Part shown: in pieces, positions 20,092-30,373 of the stretch
How the letters are laid out: every line of letters starts with the position of its first letter
Position numbering within the stretch: the first letter of the stretch is position 1
DNA from: Ignavibacteriota bacterium
GTDB lineage: Bacteria; Bacteroidota; Ignavibacteria; UBA10030
Length of the DNA: 64,000 nt
NCBI GenBank assembly: GCA_963701295.1
Contig: OY969585.1
Location: 1,088,001 to 1,152,000 of the forward strand
Direction of reading: 5' to 3'
The notes under the pieces: model-generated
Told to the model about the DNA's origin: nothing
What the model saw: the letters and a program-made list of their open reading frames with translations, nothing else
Database searches by the model: none
Program-made: the position numbers and the translations under genes

Positions 20092-20814
20092 CTAGCCAAA
20101 GCAAATGAAATAATCGAGTGATATACCAAGCAGCCAATGTGTTGTGATCGCGGGCCAGATTGATTTGGAGCGAAACACTAATATTCCCCACACTAAAGCG
20201 CCGAGAATGGAGCTGTAAATTTCGCTATCCGGTTTTCCAATGTGGACGATACATGAAAGGGCAACTTGTACAAAAATAGCGCCCCATATGCCAAACCGCG
20301 GTGTCAATCCGGTCTGCATAAAACCACGGAAAAATATTTCCCAGCTGATGTAAAATATAAGATAGGCAAAAGCATGTATCACAAATAGCTGCATAGAATC
20401 ACCGGCACCTTTGTACAGCGGATATTCTGCAATATATTGTGGGTCTTTGGATGATGGATAGGAAAGCCCAATCATTACTGCCCCTACGATGAGCGCTGCC
20501 GGAACCCAAAATTTCCAATCGCCAACTTGCAATCCATAATCAGTAAGTGATTCCTTAAACACTAATTTGATGATAGCGATGGAAGATACACCTAGTAAAA
20601 CGAAGGCAGAAAAATAGTTGTACCACTCTGCTGTCATCGCAGCACTGTTGAATAAAACGAACGTGCTGCTAAGATGAGCAAGGTAAAACGATTTGGTACC
20701 GTAGTACTTCCAAGTAGTCAGGACAATCGGAGCGATGAGGAGAATGAATATTGGTTTTTTATTCTCTTTGGAAAAAAGGCCGGGAAGAGAAAAGAAGTCT
20801 TCGAATCTGTTCAT
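20092..20814 (-). CDS. CPBP/Abi family intramembrane glutamic endopeptidase
   Basis: WEIFFRGFM, HIGKPDSE, THWLLG. Confidence 0.85.
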   Translation of the reverse strand: MNRFEDFFSLPGLFSKENKKPIFILLIAPIVLTTWKYYGTKSFYLAHLSSTFVLFNSAAMTAEWYNYFSAFVLLGVSSIAIIKLVFKESLTDYGLQVGDWKFWVPAALIVGAVMIGLSYPSSKDPQYIAEYPLYKGAGDSMQLFVIHAFAYLIFYISWEIFFRGFMQTGLTPRFGIWGAIFVQVALSCIVHIGKPDSEIYSSILGALVWGILVFRSKSIWPAITTHWLLGISLDYFICFG

Positions 20815-20816
20815 GA

Positions 20817-21830
20817 TTATTTCTTTTTGAGTTGACGTTGTTGGAGAATCCATTCGTACGTTAAACGAATTCCTTCTTTGAGCGGCGTGAATACATAGCC
20901 AAGTTCTTGCTGGGCTTTTGCGCACGAGTATGCCCAATCCTGCAAAAAGGTTTCTACCCAGCCGGTAGTTATCTGTGGGTAAACACCGAACGTATTGGCT
21001 GCAAATTTTTGGATACCGCCGTACGCAAGCCCAACTCTCGGTGGAAGATTCACTTGAAAATGCTTCTTGCCGCTGACTTCATCTACCAATTCGAAAAACC
21101 GTTTCAATGAGGCATTCTCGCCGCCAATAATATACCGCTCGCCGACGTGTCCTTTTTCCATAGCAAGAATGTGTCCGCGCACCAGATCGTCGACCAGTGC
21201 ATAATTTCCGATGTTGACGCCGCGGTTTAGGAGAATCGGTACTTGACCTCGATCGTATTGATCTATCATCAAGCTCACAGAGTTACCTTCAGTCAGTTTC
21301 CCAGGACCATATACACGCGTGGGGTTCACGATAACAACAGGAAATCCTTCCGCGGCAAACTTGATTGCTTCTTGCTCTGCGAGAGCTTTCGTTTCTTCAT
21401 ATTCTGTATAATATTTTTTGGTAATCCGCGGCATTGTTTCATCGCCGATAACCCCAGGTGAAGTTGGTCCAAATGTAACAATCGTAGATGTCCATATGAC
21501 ACGTTGAACTCCGGTTTGTTTGGAAGCCTCAAAGACATTCCGCATACCAATGACATTATGGTCATAAAAAATCTTCTGATCAGGTGCCCAGTTTTTCGCA
21601 TATGCTGCAAGATGAAAGACGTGTGTACAATCTTTCATTCCTGCGACAAGCGAATCACGATTCATGATGTCACCCTGCACCAGCTTAATATGCTCATGAT
21701 CGAGTCCTTCGCGGTTGCTTTTTGCGCGTGTCAGTGCGTGTACAGTGTGTCCTTGTCGGATAAGTTCGTTCACAAGCTTTGTGCCGATAAATCCTGAAGC
21801 GCCGGTTACAAAAATAGTTGTCGGATTCAT
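20817..21830 (-). CDS. NAD-dependent epimerase/dehydratase (HpnA/dihydroflavonol-reductase-like extended SDR)
   Basis: VTGASGFIG, FHLAA, YEETK, VNPTRVYGPG. Confidence 0.88.
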   Translation of the reverse strand: MNPTTIFVTGASGFIGTKLVNELIRQGHTVHALTRAKSNREGLDHEHIKLVQGDIMNRDSLVAGMKDCTHVFHLAAYAKNWAPDQKIFYDHNVIGMRNVFEASKQTGVQRVIWTSTIVTFGPTSPGVIGDETMPRITKKYYTEYEETKALAEQEAIKFAAEGFPVVIVNPTRVYGPGKLTEGNSVSLMIDQYDRGQVPILLNRGVNIGNYALVDDLVRGHILAMEKGHVGERYIIGGENASLKRFFELVDEVSGKKHFQVNLPPRVGLAYGGIQKFAANTFGVYPQITTGWVETFLQDWAYSCAKAQQELGYVFTPLKEGIRLTYEWILQQRQLKKK

Positions 21831-22148
21831 AATATTAGTAAGGGCGGATAGCAATCCACCTCAGAAGCGATGTAATCATCACCCAATGAAAATAGATGTT
21901 CAGCTTGTGAGCAAGGTAAAAAAAAAAGAGGCAAGAGACAACGAAGAATTTTGAATTCTGCTCATTTGGAAAAACATCTCTTCTATGAGAGCAAATAATT
22001 CGTACTAAAAAAACCGTACAACTTTTGCTGCACGAACTCTCCTTCACTTGCCCGCTCTATCTTTTACTCATGTTTTACTAGATTAACCATCACGTTTGTA
22101 TCATGTTTGGCCATTTTGTATTTTATTTTTTTCTAATGCATGAAATAC

Positions 22149-22177
22149 TTGCAATTGAATATTCCTTGTAATATAAT
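22149..22177 (+). promoter_or_regulatory. Sigma70 promoter
   Basis: TTGCAA, 17-bp spacer, TATAAT upstream of the 22208 ORF. Confidence 0.65.
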
Positions 22178-22213
22178 GAATCATTCATCTATTTACTTAT
22201 CCATGGAGTGTGC

Positions 22214-22597
22214 ATGAAATACGTACTTCTCTTTATTCTCGCATTGTCTTTTATTTCGTGTCAAGAAATCGTTAACACTCCGCCGCCTACATATGTTTTG
22301 AAACAGAATTATCCTAATCCATTTACCGATACAACAAGGATTATCTACGGCGTTCCTTCTGTTGGAGCAAATGCTACAGGACCGCACGTACGCCTCATTA
22401 TAAAAGATCGATTTAATTATACAGAAGCCACACTTATTGATACCTACAATCATCCGGCGGGGGTGGATACTGTGGTGTGGAACGGCCGTGGAGCAAATTA
22501 TCAAAAAGTTCCTGCCGGGTTATATTACATCGAACTTCAACAATTAACTGAAGGTGATGTGTATGTTCAAGGCCGTCAGGTCGCACTGAAACAATAG
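22214..22597 (+). CDS. Lipoprotein consisting of a FlgD-Ig/T9SS-CTD-like domain
   Basis: Lipobox SFISC followed by LKQNYPNPF..T.I.Y...WNG.....VPAGLYYIEL. Confidence 0.7.
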   Translation: MKYVLLFILALSFISCQEIVNTPPPTYVLKQNYPNPFTDTTRIIYGVPSVGANATGPHVRLIIKDRFNYTEATLIDTYNHPAGVDTVVWNGRGANYQKVPAGLYYIELQQLTEGDVYVQGRQVALKQ

Positions 22598-22607
22598 GGA
22601 ATCTGCA

Positions 22608-23330
22608 ATGAGAACAATTCTCTTTTTTCTCTCTTTGGTATTGCTTCTACAGTCATTGCAAGCACAAGATACCATCTCTTCTTCCACTCTTTTAAAATAT
22701 AAACTTTCACTCAGTTACGGAATCAATGCTATCAATCCGAGTGATATAAATGACCATATATCAACATCAAACGATGTGTTTGGAAGTACGACAGCAACCA
22801 TAAAATCAATTTCTGAAATTGCAGCAACATTTTCTGTGCGTCCACTGCAAGACAATCAAATTCTTCTTTTTCGCGGCGGATACATGTCGATCCAGCGCTC
22901 CTTTCAAGTTTCTATTCCGGAAACACAAAACAGTCCGGTGGCAACAGGGTATACCACAGGCACTATTAAGGAAATCTATACGGCATATCCTCTTTCCATT
23001 GGTGTCGGACTTGCGTCGTTCACATTCGATTCACAAATTCAAATAGAATTTATTTATGGACTGGGATATATCAACGAAGAAACATCCTACACATCTTCAA
23101 CAGGTAAAGGGACATCCTATTCAAAATCATTCTTCAGCCCGGCGTACGGTTTTAGGATTGCCGGACAAACAACGGTCCGATTTTCAGACAAAATCGGTAT
23201 CACACTTGAACTTGGGTACCGCGGACTTGCCTTTGATGAATATGAAGAAGACACTTCTACCCAACCTGCAAATATTAAATTTTCGTATTCTGGTCTGAGT
23301 GGCTCTGTCGGATTGTCGATTATTTTTTAA
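22608..23330 (+). CDS. Outer-membrane beta-barrel protein
   Basis: Signal peptide, alternating beta pattern, C-terminal GLSIIF. Confidence 0.65.
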   Translation: MRTILFFLSLVLLLQSLQAQDTISSSTLLKYKLSLSYGINAINPSDINDHISTSNDVFGSTTATIKSISEIAATFSVRPLQDNQILLFRGGYMSIQRSFQVSIPETQNSPVATGYTTGTIKEIYTAYPLSIGVGLASFTFDSQIQIEFIYGLGYINEETSYTSSTGKGTSYSKSFFSPAYGFRIAGQTTVRFSDKIGITLELGYRGLAFDEYEEDTSTQPANIKFSYSGLSGSVGLSIIF

Positions 23331-23476
23331 CTTAATTTCTACAATATATTGAATGTGGCAACCATGAAAATGTCTGTTGCATGAATTGTACTTCGCCGCT
23401 GCCGATTAGTACTTAATGATATTCCTATCAAGATGGATTTATCAAATGCATGGGGTAGCATTTTCGCCACAGACAA

Positions 23477-23806
23477 CTACTTCACGATATAGTGCATCTG
23501 TGTCAATTTTTCAGTGACACGTGTGCGTTGATCTCCCTGTATTTCGATTTTTCCTTCTTTGACTGTTCCCCCGGCTCCGCAATATTGTTTTAATATCCGG
23601 CTGATTTCTTCCATTGTTGTCGGATTATGCCGCAAGCCACTCACGATTGTAACACTCTTTCCTTTTCTTCCATGCATATCCAGCAAAACATGAACAATGC
23701 TGCCTTTTCCGTCGTGTTGATCTCTTGGAGGGGCAGTACGAACCGGTTGCGGTTCGTTGAGTTGCTCTAAATCGAAGAGAGAGCGATATTTCTTTCGATA
23801 TTCCAT
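23477..23806 (-). CDS. yciH: SUI1/eIF1-like translation factor
   Basis: GRKGKSVTIVSG, LKQYCGAGGTVKEGKIEIQGD. Confidence 0.9.
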   Translation of the reverse strand: MEYRKKYRSLFDLEQLNEPQPVRTAPPRDQHDGKGSIVHVLLDMHGRKGKSVTIVSGLRHNPTTMEEISRILKQYCGAGGTVKEGKIEIQGDQRTRVTEKLTQMHYIVK

Positions 23807-23834
23807 GTGCGATATTCTCTCTTGACTTCCCAAA

Positions 23835-23993
23835 CTATTTCAATCCGCGTTTCTTTTTCTCTATAACAACCTGAGCATCCACAGGAGCAGCGCAGAGAGG
23901 ACACACGTAACGCCGCATGGTTTCATTGAAGTCGGGTTCATGAACCTGCTTGCAGTTCGGACATCGTATTAAAAGCGGTTTTTCCTCTTTCAT
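23835..23993 (-). CDS. Small zinc-ribbon protein (52 aa, not in ORF track)
   Basis: MKEEKPLLIRCPNCKQVHEPDFNETMRRYVCPLCAAPVDAQVVIEKKKRGLK; two CxxC motifs; fills the gap between co-oriented genes. Confidence 0.7.
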   Translation of the reverse strand: MKEEKPLLIRCPNCKQVHEPDFNETMRRYVCPLCAAPVDAQVVIEKKKRGLK

Positions 23994-24014
23994 CTTCGCT
24001 ATCTTATTCCTTCA

Positions 24015-25088
24015 TTAACTTGTTTTTCTTTTCTTCGATACAAGAGGAATATTCTCAACGGGCGTTTCCGGTCCGAGTAATACTGCAAGCCACCGTGTTT
24101 GTTCATTGTTCTCTAATGCAAATTTTAATGTCATGGTGAACGGGATGCACAAAACCATACCGATCAGGCCGAGCAAGTTACCCCAGAAAATTAATGAAAG
24201 AAAAACAACGAGTGTCGACAAACCAACACCGCGTCCTACGAGTTTTGGTTCAACAGCTGTGCCAATAATAAAATTTACTGCTATATACCCACCGGCCGCA
24301 AGCGCTGCCTGACCCGGTCCGTATTGGATAAGAGTGAGAAGTACTGCGGGTACAGCAGCAATCACAACCCCGAGACTTGGCACATAATTAAGCAGGAAAG
24401 CCAAAAACCCCCAGAGCACCGGAAAATCTACGCCGAGAATGGACATCCAAATTCCAATAAGGATACCTGTCGTTACGCTGACACCGGTCTTGATAAGCAT
24501 ATAATGATTAATATCATCGATAAATTTTCGGAACTGTGAAAATTCTGCTTTTGGATCATCGAGAATAGCACGAAGCTTAACGGGAAAACTTGAGACCTCG
24601 AGCAAGATAAATGTGACCGTGAGCAGGATGAGAAACATGCTGGAAAGTGTTGAAGTTAATCCTGAAAGCAAGCTGGCAGTTAAACCCATCACCGCTCCCA
24701 GATTGGCATATTCGAGCACAGCATTATCCTTGATCGTGAATCCTTTGTTTGCCAAGAATCCTCTCAGTGCTTGGACTTCCTCCTGTATGCGCTGCTGATA
24801 AAACGGCATGCTATCAGAAAAGTGAGCGAGCGATGTGCCGACGAGTCCGCCGATCATAAGCAGGATAGCGACCATACACGCTAGAACTGCCAGCACGGCA
24901 AGAACAGAGGGAATTCGCTTCTCTTTGAGCCACAGTACCAGCGGCGCTCCGATGACTGCAAGGAACAGAGCGACGAGCATGAGCACCAGAACAGATTGTG
25001 CCTGAACAATGCCCCAGACAATAATGACAAGTGATGCCGCGACAACGAGTAAGTTCGTTCCGCGTTGAGTGTTAATTTCTTTATTCAT
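24015..25088 (-). CDS. AI-2E family transporter
   Basis: Multi-TM; LWGFLAFLLNYVP.LG, EPKLVG..VGLS, GMVLCIP. Confidence 0.9.
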   Translation of the reverse strand: MNKEINTQRGTNLLVVAASLVIIVWGIVQAQSVLVLMLVALFLAVIGAPLVLWLKEKRIPSVLAVLAVLACMVAILLMIGGLVGTSLAHFSDSMPFYQQRIQEEVQALRGFLANKGFTIKDNAVLEYANLGAVMGLTASLLSGLTSTLSSMFLILLTVTFILLEVSSFPVKLRAILDDPKAEFSQFRKFIDDINHYMLIKTGVSVTTGILIGIWMSILGVDFPVLWGFLAFLLNYVPSLGVVIAAVPAVLLTLIQYGPGQAALAAGGYIAVNFIIGTAVEPKLVGRGVGLSTLVVFLSLIFWGNLLGLIGMVLCIPFTMTLKFALENNEQTRWLAVLLGPETPVENIPLVSKKRKTS

Positions 25089-25356
25089 ACAAAAATCTCT
25101 TTCCGAGTTCTTTGTGAACCCCTTCTTTATCTCGCCTTGAGAGGGGAGAGTTATTGCATTCTCTGGAGTGCATCCCACTAACTATCATAGAACATCATAA
25201 ATTAAATAAAAAAATGTATCTGTTTTCTTGAGAGAATGCAAGAGCAGATGGAAAGATGAAAACAGAAAATGAGAAATGCGAAATGGAAAAAATGAGGAAA
25301 TCGCAGTACGGCGATTAGGTGAGAATTCTAACAGAAACGAGTCATCGTTCGTCCAA

Positions 25357-26499
25357 TTAATCGCCGCCGGCGGAAGAAACGGCATGCTTAGGTGAATCAA
25401 GGATACCCATAAAACGATCAATATTCTCAAAACTCCAATTTACTTTATTGCACAACACGATAATCGTTGTTTTATCGTGAAGTCTTCTCACAAAGATACT
25501 ACTATACCCACGCCACAAACCTGCATGGTACACAATCTTACTGCTGTCGTCAGCCGTCGTGATGCGCCATCCATAGCCGTAACTATTGTCGTTTCGCCAG
25601 TCATAGCTGAAAGGTGTATACGCTTCTTGAAGAGTTGTTTGTTTGACTAATCGTTCGGTGTACAGCGCCTGGTCCCACTTAAACATATCTTCCACGGTGG
25701 AGTAGATCCCTTTATCTCCGATCACACCGCTTAAATAATCTTCCTCCGCTCTGCGTCTATTTTTCTTGTATCCTGATGTATGGTATTCGACGTCTGACAT
25801 ATTCTTCGTGTTATAGATAAACGTCCTCTTCATGCCGAGCGGCTTGAAAATCCGTTTTTCCAGAAATGTATGGAACTGTAATCCCGATACCTGTTCAACG
25901 ATAAGCGCTAGGATCACATACCCTGTATTGTTGTATATGTATTTTCGATCCGGTACAAAAACCAATCCTGGATGATACGTGTTCAACATATCCATAACGT
26001 CATCGTTGCTCATGAGAAGTCTCTTATTCTTCCAGTACCGTTTGGCGAAACTCATATATTCTGGCAATCCAGAGCGATGCGTAAGCAATTGGCGAATGGT
26101 TATATCATGATAAGGAAATCCAGGAAAGAATCGCTGCAGCGTATCGGTAAAGTTGAGCTTACCTTCATCGTGCAGCATCATAATCGCCATTGCTGTAAAC
26201 TGTTTCGTTATTGAGGCGAGTTGGAAGGAGGATTCAATATTGAGCGCCGTTTTCTTTTTCAGGTCGGCATAACCGAAAGCGTTTTTATAGATAACTTTCC
26301 CTCTCAGCGCAATCAGTACGTTACCGTTAAAGCCTCTCTTTGTCGAAAGGACTTGAAAGAGGGAATCTATCCTGAAGACGATGTCGCCAGATGCGTGATC
26401 GTTAGCCGAAATATTGCCGGAGATTGTTGATGAAGTTGTATCGTTCGTAAAACATGCGGAGAACAACGACAGCAAGAAGCAGAAAATAATGGAAATCAT
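25357..26499 (-). CDS. Serine hydrolase, beta-lactamase/PBP class C-like
   Basis: ASITK (SxxK), LLTHRSGL, YNN, HAG. Confidence 0.88.
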   Translation of the reverse strand: MISIIFCFLLSLFSACFTNDTTSSTISGNISANDHASGDIVFRIDSLFQVLSTKRGFNGNVLIALRGKVIYKNAFGYADLKKKTALNIESSFQLASITKQFTAMAIMMLHDEGKLNFTDTLQRFFPGFPYHDITIRQLLTHRSGLPEYMSFAKRYWKNKRLLMSNDDVMDMLNTYHPGLVFVPDRKYIYNNTGYVILALIVEQVSGLQFHTFLEKRIFKPLGMKRTFIYNTKNMSDVEYHTSGYKKNRRRAEEDYLSGVIGDKGIYSTVEDMFKWDQALYTERLVKQTTLQEAYTPFSYDWRNDNSYGYGWRITTADDSSKIVYHAGLWRGYSSIFVRRLHDKTTIIVLCNKVNWSFENIDRFMGILDSPKHAVSSAGGD

Positions 26500-26733
26500 T
26501 TCAAGTTAACCATATAAAATTAAATAACCTGTCATCATAGTACGGGAATATCGATGAGGTGTCAAGAGATGCCAGCTTTTATTCTCTCCTGAAAAGAAAA
26601 TGAGAATATATTGAACAGCCTTTACCATTGAGAAAAACGACAAGAGAAAACGAAAACAGGTTTGGATAAAGAATAAATCGGCAGGATCAATGATAGTGTA
26701 TTTTCGTAGATGACCATAATAATCATATCGTTA

Positions 26734-27987
26734 TTACTTTTGTTGGGTACTTTTTTGTGTGTGCAGTATATACGCGAATACACCGAATGCACGTATTGCC
26801 TGCGATTGCGGATGCACTGTTCCTACTTCATCAACTTTGTACCCATCCTCGCCGCCGTTTGGATTCCATCCGTTTCGGATGCCATCGTCTATGAGGCGAT
26901 GAAGTGTTATCGCTGCATCGCCGTGATGGTTCGTCCACACGTGTTCCAGCATTTTCTCAATTTTACTTGGAATGTCAGGCAGCTGGTTAGGTGCGATCTG
27001 GTACGCATCCAGAATAAAATGAACGAAAGCCCCATTTCCATCCATCCGCAGTTGGTAATAATCGTTCGAATCGATCCAACCGTTAGCCGGATCCATAATG
27101 CGGCGTGCTGTTTCAACAACAATCTTTTTGTACTTCGCCTCTCTGGTCATTCGGAACATCGCCGCCCCGATCGCACACATCCCTGCTCCGTCCCATGGAA
27201 ACTGTTTGCCGAAAGCCGCCTGTCCTTCGTTGCCTTGCCATTTTCCATTGCCTCGGTAGGACTGTTTCACCACTCCCGGATACTTTGTATCGCCGTTCCA
27301 CAGCAGCATGGCATCTATGTAAAATTGTTGTTCATGTGTGGCTTCGTACAGCCAGCATGCAACAGTCGCCATCTGGTTCATATTGCTGTTCGTGAATATT
27401 CTGAAGTTCCCCTGTGTATTCGGTGCATAGTTATACCAACTCCAAAATCCTTCGTGATGAGAGAGTCGTCCCTCACGCTTTGCTTCCAGATATCTGTTCT
27501 TTGCATCATCCACCCATTGCATATTCTTTCTTCCGGACATATCCCACCAATACATTTCTGATAAACAGATCCACGCACGATTGTCCACCCAAGCTCCATT
27601 CTGCATATCGAGAAGTCTATATGTATTGGTATATAAAGAAAGCAGGTTCTCATCACCGGTTGCAGCATAAAGATACGCATCTCCAATAGCGCCATTCGCA
27701 CCTTCCCATGCTGCATTATAAACTTGATGGAAAAGTTTATCAATCGCGTATGTGCGCTGCACTATACGTTGAAAAAGATCAGGTGCAGGTGAATCCTGCA
27801 TTATCGCTTTTTGAACGACGGGTGTGTCCTTTGTCCCGAATAAGCCACCTTTGGTAAGAATGTAAACTGCAGCAAGAATAGTAAGCAGAGCGATACCGCT
27901 GAGCGTAATTATTTTCAAGCGGAAGATTGATTTTCTTTTCAGTTTTTGTTCATTGACGGCTAGTTGTTTTTTTCGTTTCGTAGACAT
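26734..27987 (-). CDS. GH76-like alpha/alpha-toroid protein, membrane anchored
   Basis: N-terminal TM; WVDNRAWICL resembles the GH76 DD-x-AW motif; FTNSN. Confidence 0.5.
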   Translation of the reverse strand: MSTKRKKQLAVNEQKLKRKSIFRLKIITLSGIALLTILAAVYILTKGGLFGTKDTPVVQKAIMQDSPAPDLFQRIVQRTYAIDKLFHQVYNAAWEGANGAIGDAYLYAATGDENLLSLYTNTYRLLDMQNGAWVDNRAWICLSEMYWWDMSGRKNMQWVDDAKNRYLEAKREGRLSHHEGFWSWYNYAPNTQGNFRIFTNSNMNQMATVACWLYEATHEQQFYIDAMLLWNGDTKYPGVVKQSYRGNGKWQGNEGQAAFGKQFPWDGAGMCAIGAAMFRMTREAKYKKIVVETARRIMDPANGWIDSNDYYQLRMDGNGAFVHFILDAYQIAPNQLPDIPSKIEKMLEHVWTNHHGDAAITLHRLIDDGIRNGWNPNGGEDGYKVDEVGTVHPQSQAIRAFGVFAYILHTQKSTQQK

Positions 27988-28152
27988 AGGAAAGAGATTA
28001 AATTCTGCCGTTATAGCATTCGCTGTCTCCAATGTACATCTAAAGTATGTCGGAGTTCTATTATGTTACCAATGATTTTTGCTCAAAATGTAGACAAAAG
28101 GGAGTCGAACTTCAAGGAGGAAACGGGAATTTAGAAAGATGAAAGCATCAAA

Positions 28153-28481
28153 TTGGATTTACGTTTTGCTACAGAAGGTACATGCGGTTTCCATAACGAT
28201 CACGGTATCGAATCACGGCTCATCAAAAAAGTATTCGAAGGCAGATCAAATATTGTTGACGCTATTAAAAACGGAGAGGTTCAATTGGTTATCAACACTC
28301 TAGCCGATAAAATGAACGAGTTTGATGATTCGTACATCAGAAAAATTGCGATAAAATATAGAATCCAATATATTGCAACAAAAGATACTGCTCTCGCTGC
28401 TATAATAGAAATCAAAGCAAGGTGGAATGGAACATATTCGATAAAGTCACACTACAGGAATATCACGCTGGAATTAAATGA
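28153..28481 (+). pseudogene. carB: Degenerate C-terminal (MGS-domain) remnant of carbamoyl-phosphate synthase large subunit
   Basis: FATEGT...EGRSNIVDAIKNGEVQLVINT...DDSYIRK; the native-looking ending LQEYHAGIK* is in a shifted frame; no upstream domains. Confidence 0.7.
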
Positions 28482-28508
28482 TAAGCGAGATGGACGGATC
28501 GATACTCT

Positions 28509-29246
28509 TCACCTGTGGATTGAAGAATTGTGCAAATGCAGCATCGCATAGTATGCACCACCAAGAATCAATCCTATAAGTGGCACTATCAATCCGCATG
28601 CAATTTCATACCCATGGGGCGTTTCGGGCGTGAGTCGGATGGCAATATACGACGGCAATCCTCCAAGTATAAATGTTGCTATGTACGTAACAACACGGTT
28701 TTTCTGTGACAGTCCATGATAGAAAAAGAGACTTGCTACAAGGCCGTCGAAGAAAGGTATATGTTTCAATTCTTTTTGACTCCATGTATTCCATAACCAC
28801 ATCAAGTAAAGTGCGATGATAGTGCATATGATGCAATACAATCCCAGGAAAATAATCCAATAGATGTCAGTCGGCGTTCTATCGGTTGGACTTATTTGTG
28901 CTAATCGGATTCGATGCAGGCACAACACACCCAAGATCCATGCCGAGAGAAGAGCCATCGCTATGCGCGACCGTTCTGCAGAATGACCATGAAGCGCTGT
29001 TTTTAAGTCCTGATATCGTTGAACAATCGAAGGAAAGAGGGCCCTTTTTGTGAAGTATCCTTCAAGAATTCGCATGAAGTACAATGACGTCAATACAACG
29101 ATGACAAAAGCTGCAAGGGTCATCAGTACCCAATACGATCGGGCAAAGAACACAATCAATCCGACAAGAATCAGCAACACTTGGAATTCTTCGCGATGGT
29201 ACCACGTGAAAAAGAACAACTGTTGGTTTTGATTTGATTTCGTCAT
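28509..29246 (-). CDS. Hypothetical integral membrane protein
   Basis: About 6 hydrophobic segments; co-oriented with the upstream gene. Confidence 0.6.
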   Translation of the reverse strand: MTKSNQNQQLFFFTWYHREEFQVLLILVGLIVFFARSYWVLMTLAAFVIVVLTSLYFMRILEGYFTKRALFPSIVQRYQDLKTALHGHSAERSRIAMALLSAWILGVLCLHRIRLAQISPTDRTPTDIYWIIFLGLYCIICTIIALYLMWLWNTWSQKELKHIPFFDGLVASLFFYHGLSQKNRVVTYIATFILGGLPSYIAIRLTPETPHGYEIACGLIVPLIGLILGGAYYAMLHLHNSSIHR

Positions 29247-29257
29247 CGCATGTTCAC

Positions 29258-30199
29258 TTACACTTGAGCACCGCTATTAAAAGCAAGAGTGGTAATCTCA
29301 GAGAGTTTCCGCGGATTGAAGTACAAACCTTCAAGCTTGCGCAATTCAGAAACCAATACTCCCACTTTTATAAATGGATACATCACCTCGGCACCCTCCG
29401 GAATGATCTTCGTTGCTCGGCACATCAGGTAGTAACTTTTAAAGAACGGAGCATAAGGCTTGAGCCAAGGCTCTGCATTCATAGATTGAAAAAAGTCATA
29501 CACCTGCCGATTGAATCGCAATACTGTTGTTTCGTCTTTTAATTGTTCTTCGCTCAGTTCTGGGAAGTCGGCAGAAAGGGAAAGTCGTTTTTTGTTCGGA
29601 TCAATTCTGACTTCTTGTATTTTTTCGTACAATGGATGGGGAGAATGTGTCTGCGTGTGGATACGCCACAGCTCGCTCATATCAATAGTAACCCCTTTCC
29701 GCAGGAGCGTGAGTTGTGTATCCTGTTCTTTTTCTTTGTCCAAGTTCGCTTGCAGCCGTTCGCGTTGGCGTGATTCCGAATTATTCACAACACGTTTTTT
29801 ATTGTGTTTTCGCTCTCGGCGTATTAATGAAAGTAAATCAAGTCTTCGCTGTTCAGAGCGGCGAAATTGAAGTGCTTCCTTGAAAAAATCCTGTGTATCA
29901 TCAATGTGCAGTTCATATCTTGATTTATTGAGATAATTCATTACAAAACCGGTGAGCAGTATGGAAAAAAGAAGTATGCCAATATCTATAATTTTATGAT
30001 CATAAATATAGTTTACGAACGTTAAACCGATCCCGCCAAACCATGCCAGTAGCGAAAGGAGAAATAGCCATGCGATAGTTCCCCCAAGCATGGATTCAGA
30101 AGCACTAATGGGCCTTTGTATCCATATTCGTGTGAACCGGCGCAGCAGTGGCCAAGTAAGAAGAAAACCAACAAGTGCTATGGGGAAAATTACATACAT
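29258..30199 (-). CDS. Hypothetical protein (3 N-terminal TMs plus a soluble domain)
   Basis: 313-aa ORF with a plausible composition. Confidence 0.65.
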   Translation of the reverse strand: MYVIFPIALVGFLLTWPLLRRFTRIWIQRPISASESMLGGTIAWLFLLSLLAWFGGIGLTFVNYIYDHKIIDIGILLFSILLTGFVMNYLNKSRYELHIDDTQDFFKEALQFRRSEQRRLDLLSLIRRERKHNKKRVVNNSESRQRERLQANLDKEKEQDTQLTLLRKGVTIDMSELWRIHTQTHSPHPLYEKIQEVRIDPNKKRLSLSADFPELSEEQLKDETTVLRFNRQVYDFFQSMNAEPWLKPYAPFFKSYYLMCRATKIIPEGAEVMYPFIKVGVLVSELRKLEGLYFNPRKLSEITTLAFNSGAQV

Positions 30200-30373
30200 G
30201 ACATGATTGCGAGGTGACGAAGCTTCAGTTTGAGAACTGTGGCAAGCCTACAGAGCATTCCAATTTACCCAGAGGAATATTCCGTTGCAAAAGTACATGA
30301 AGGCGTATCACGGCAGATACCTAAGAGAATGCACTGCGATAAAATCTGTGCTCAGCATATCTGTAAAAAAAAA

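Noticed and set aside
26710-27561. 283-aa plus-strand ORF
   Set aside because: Antisense shadow of the GH76-like gene with no recognisable motifs.
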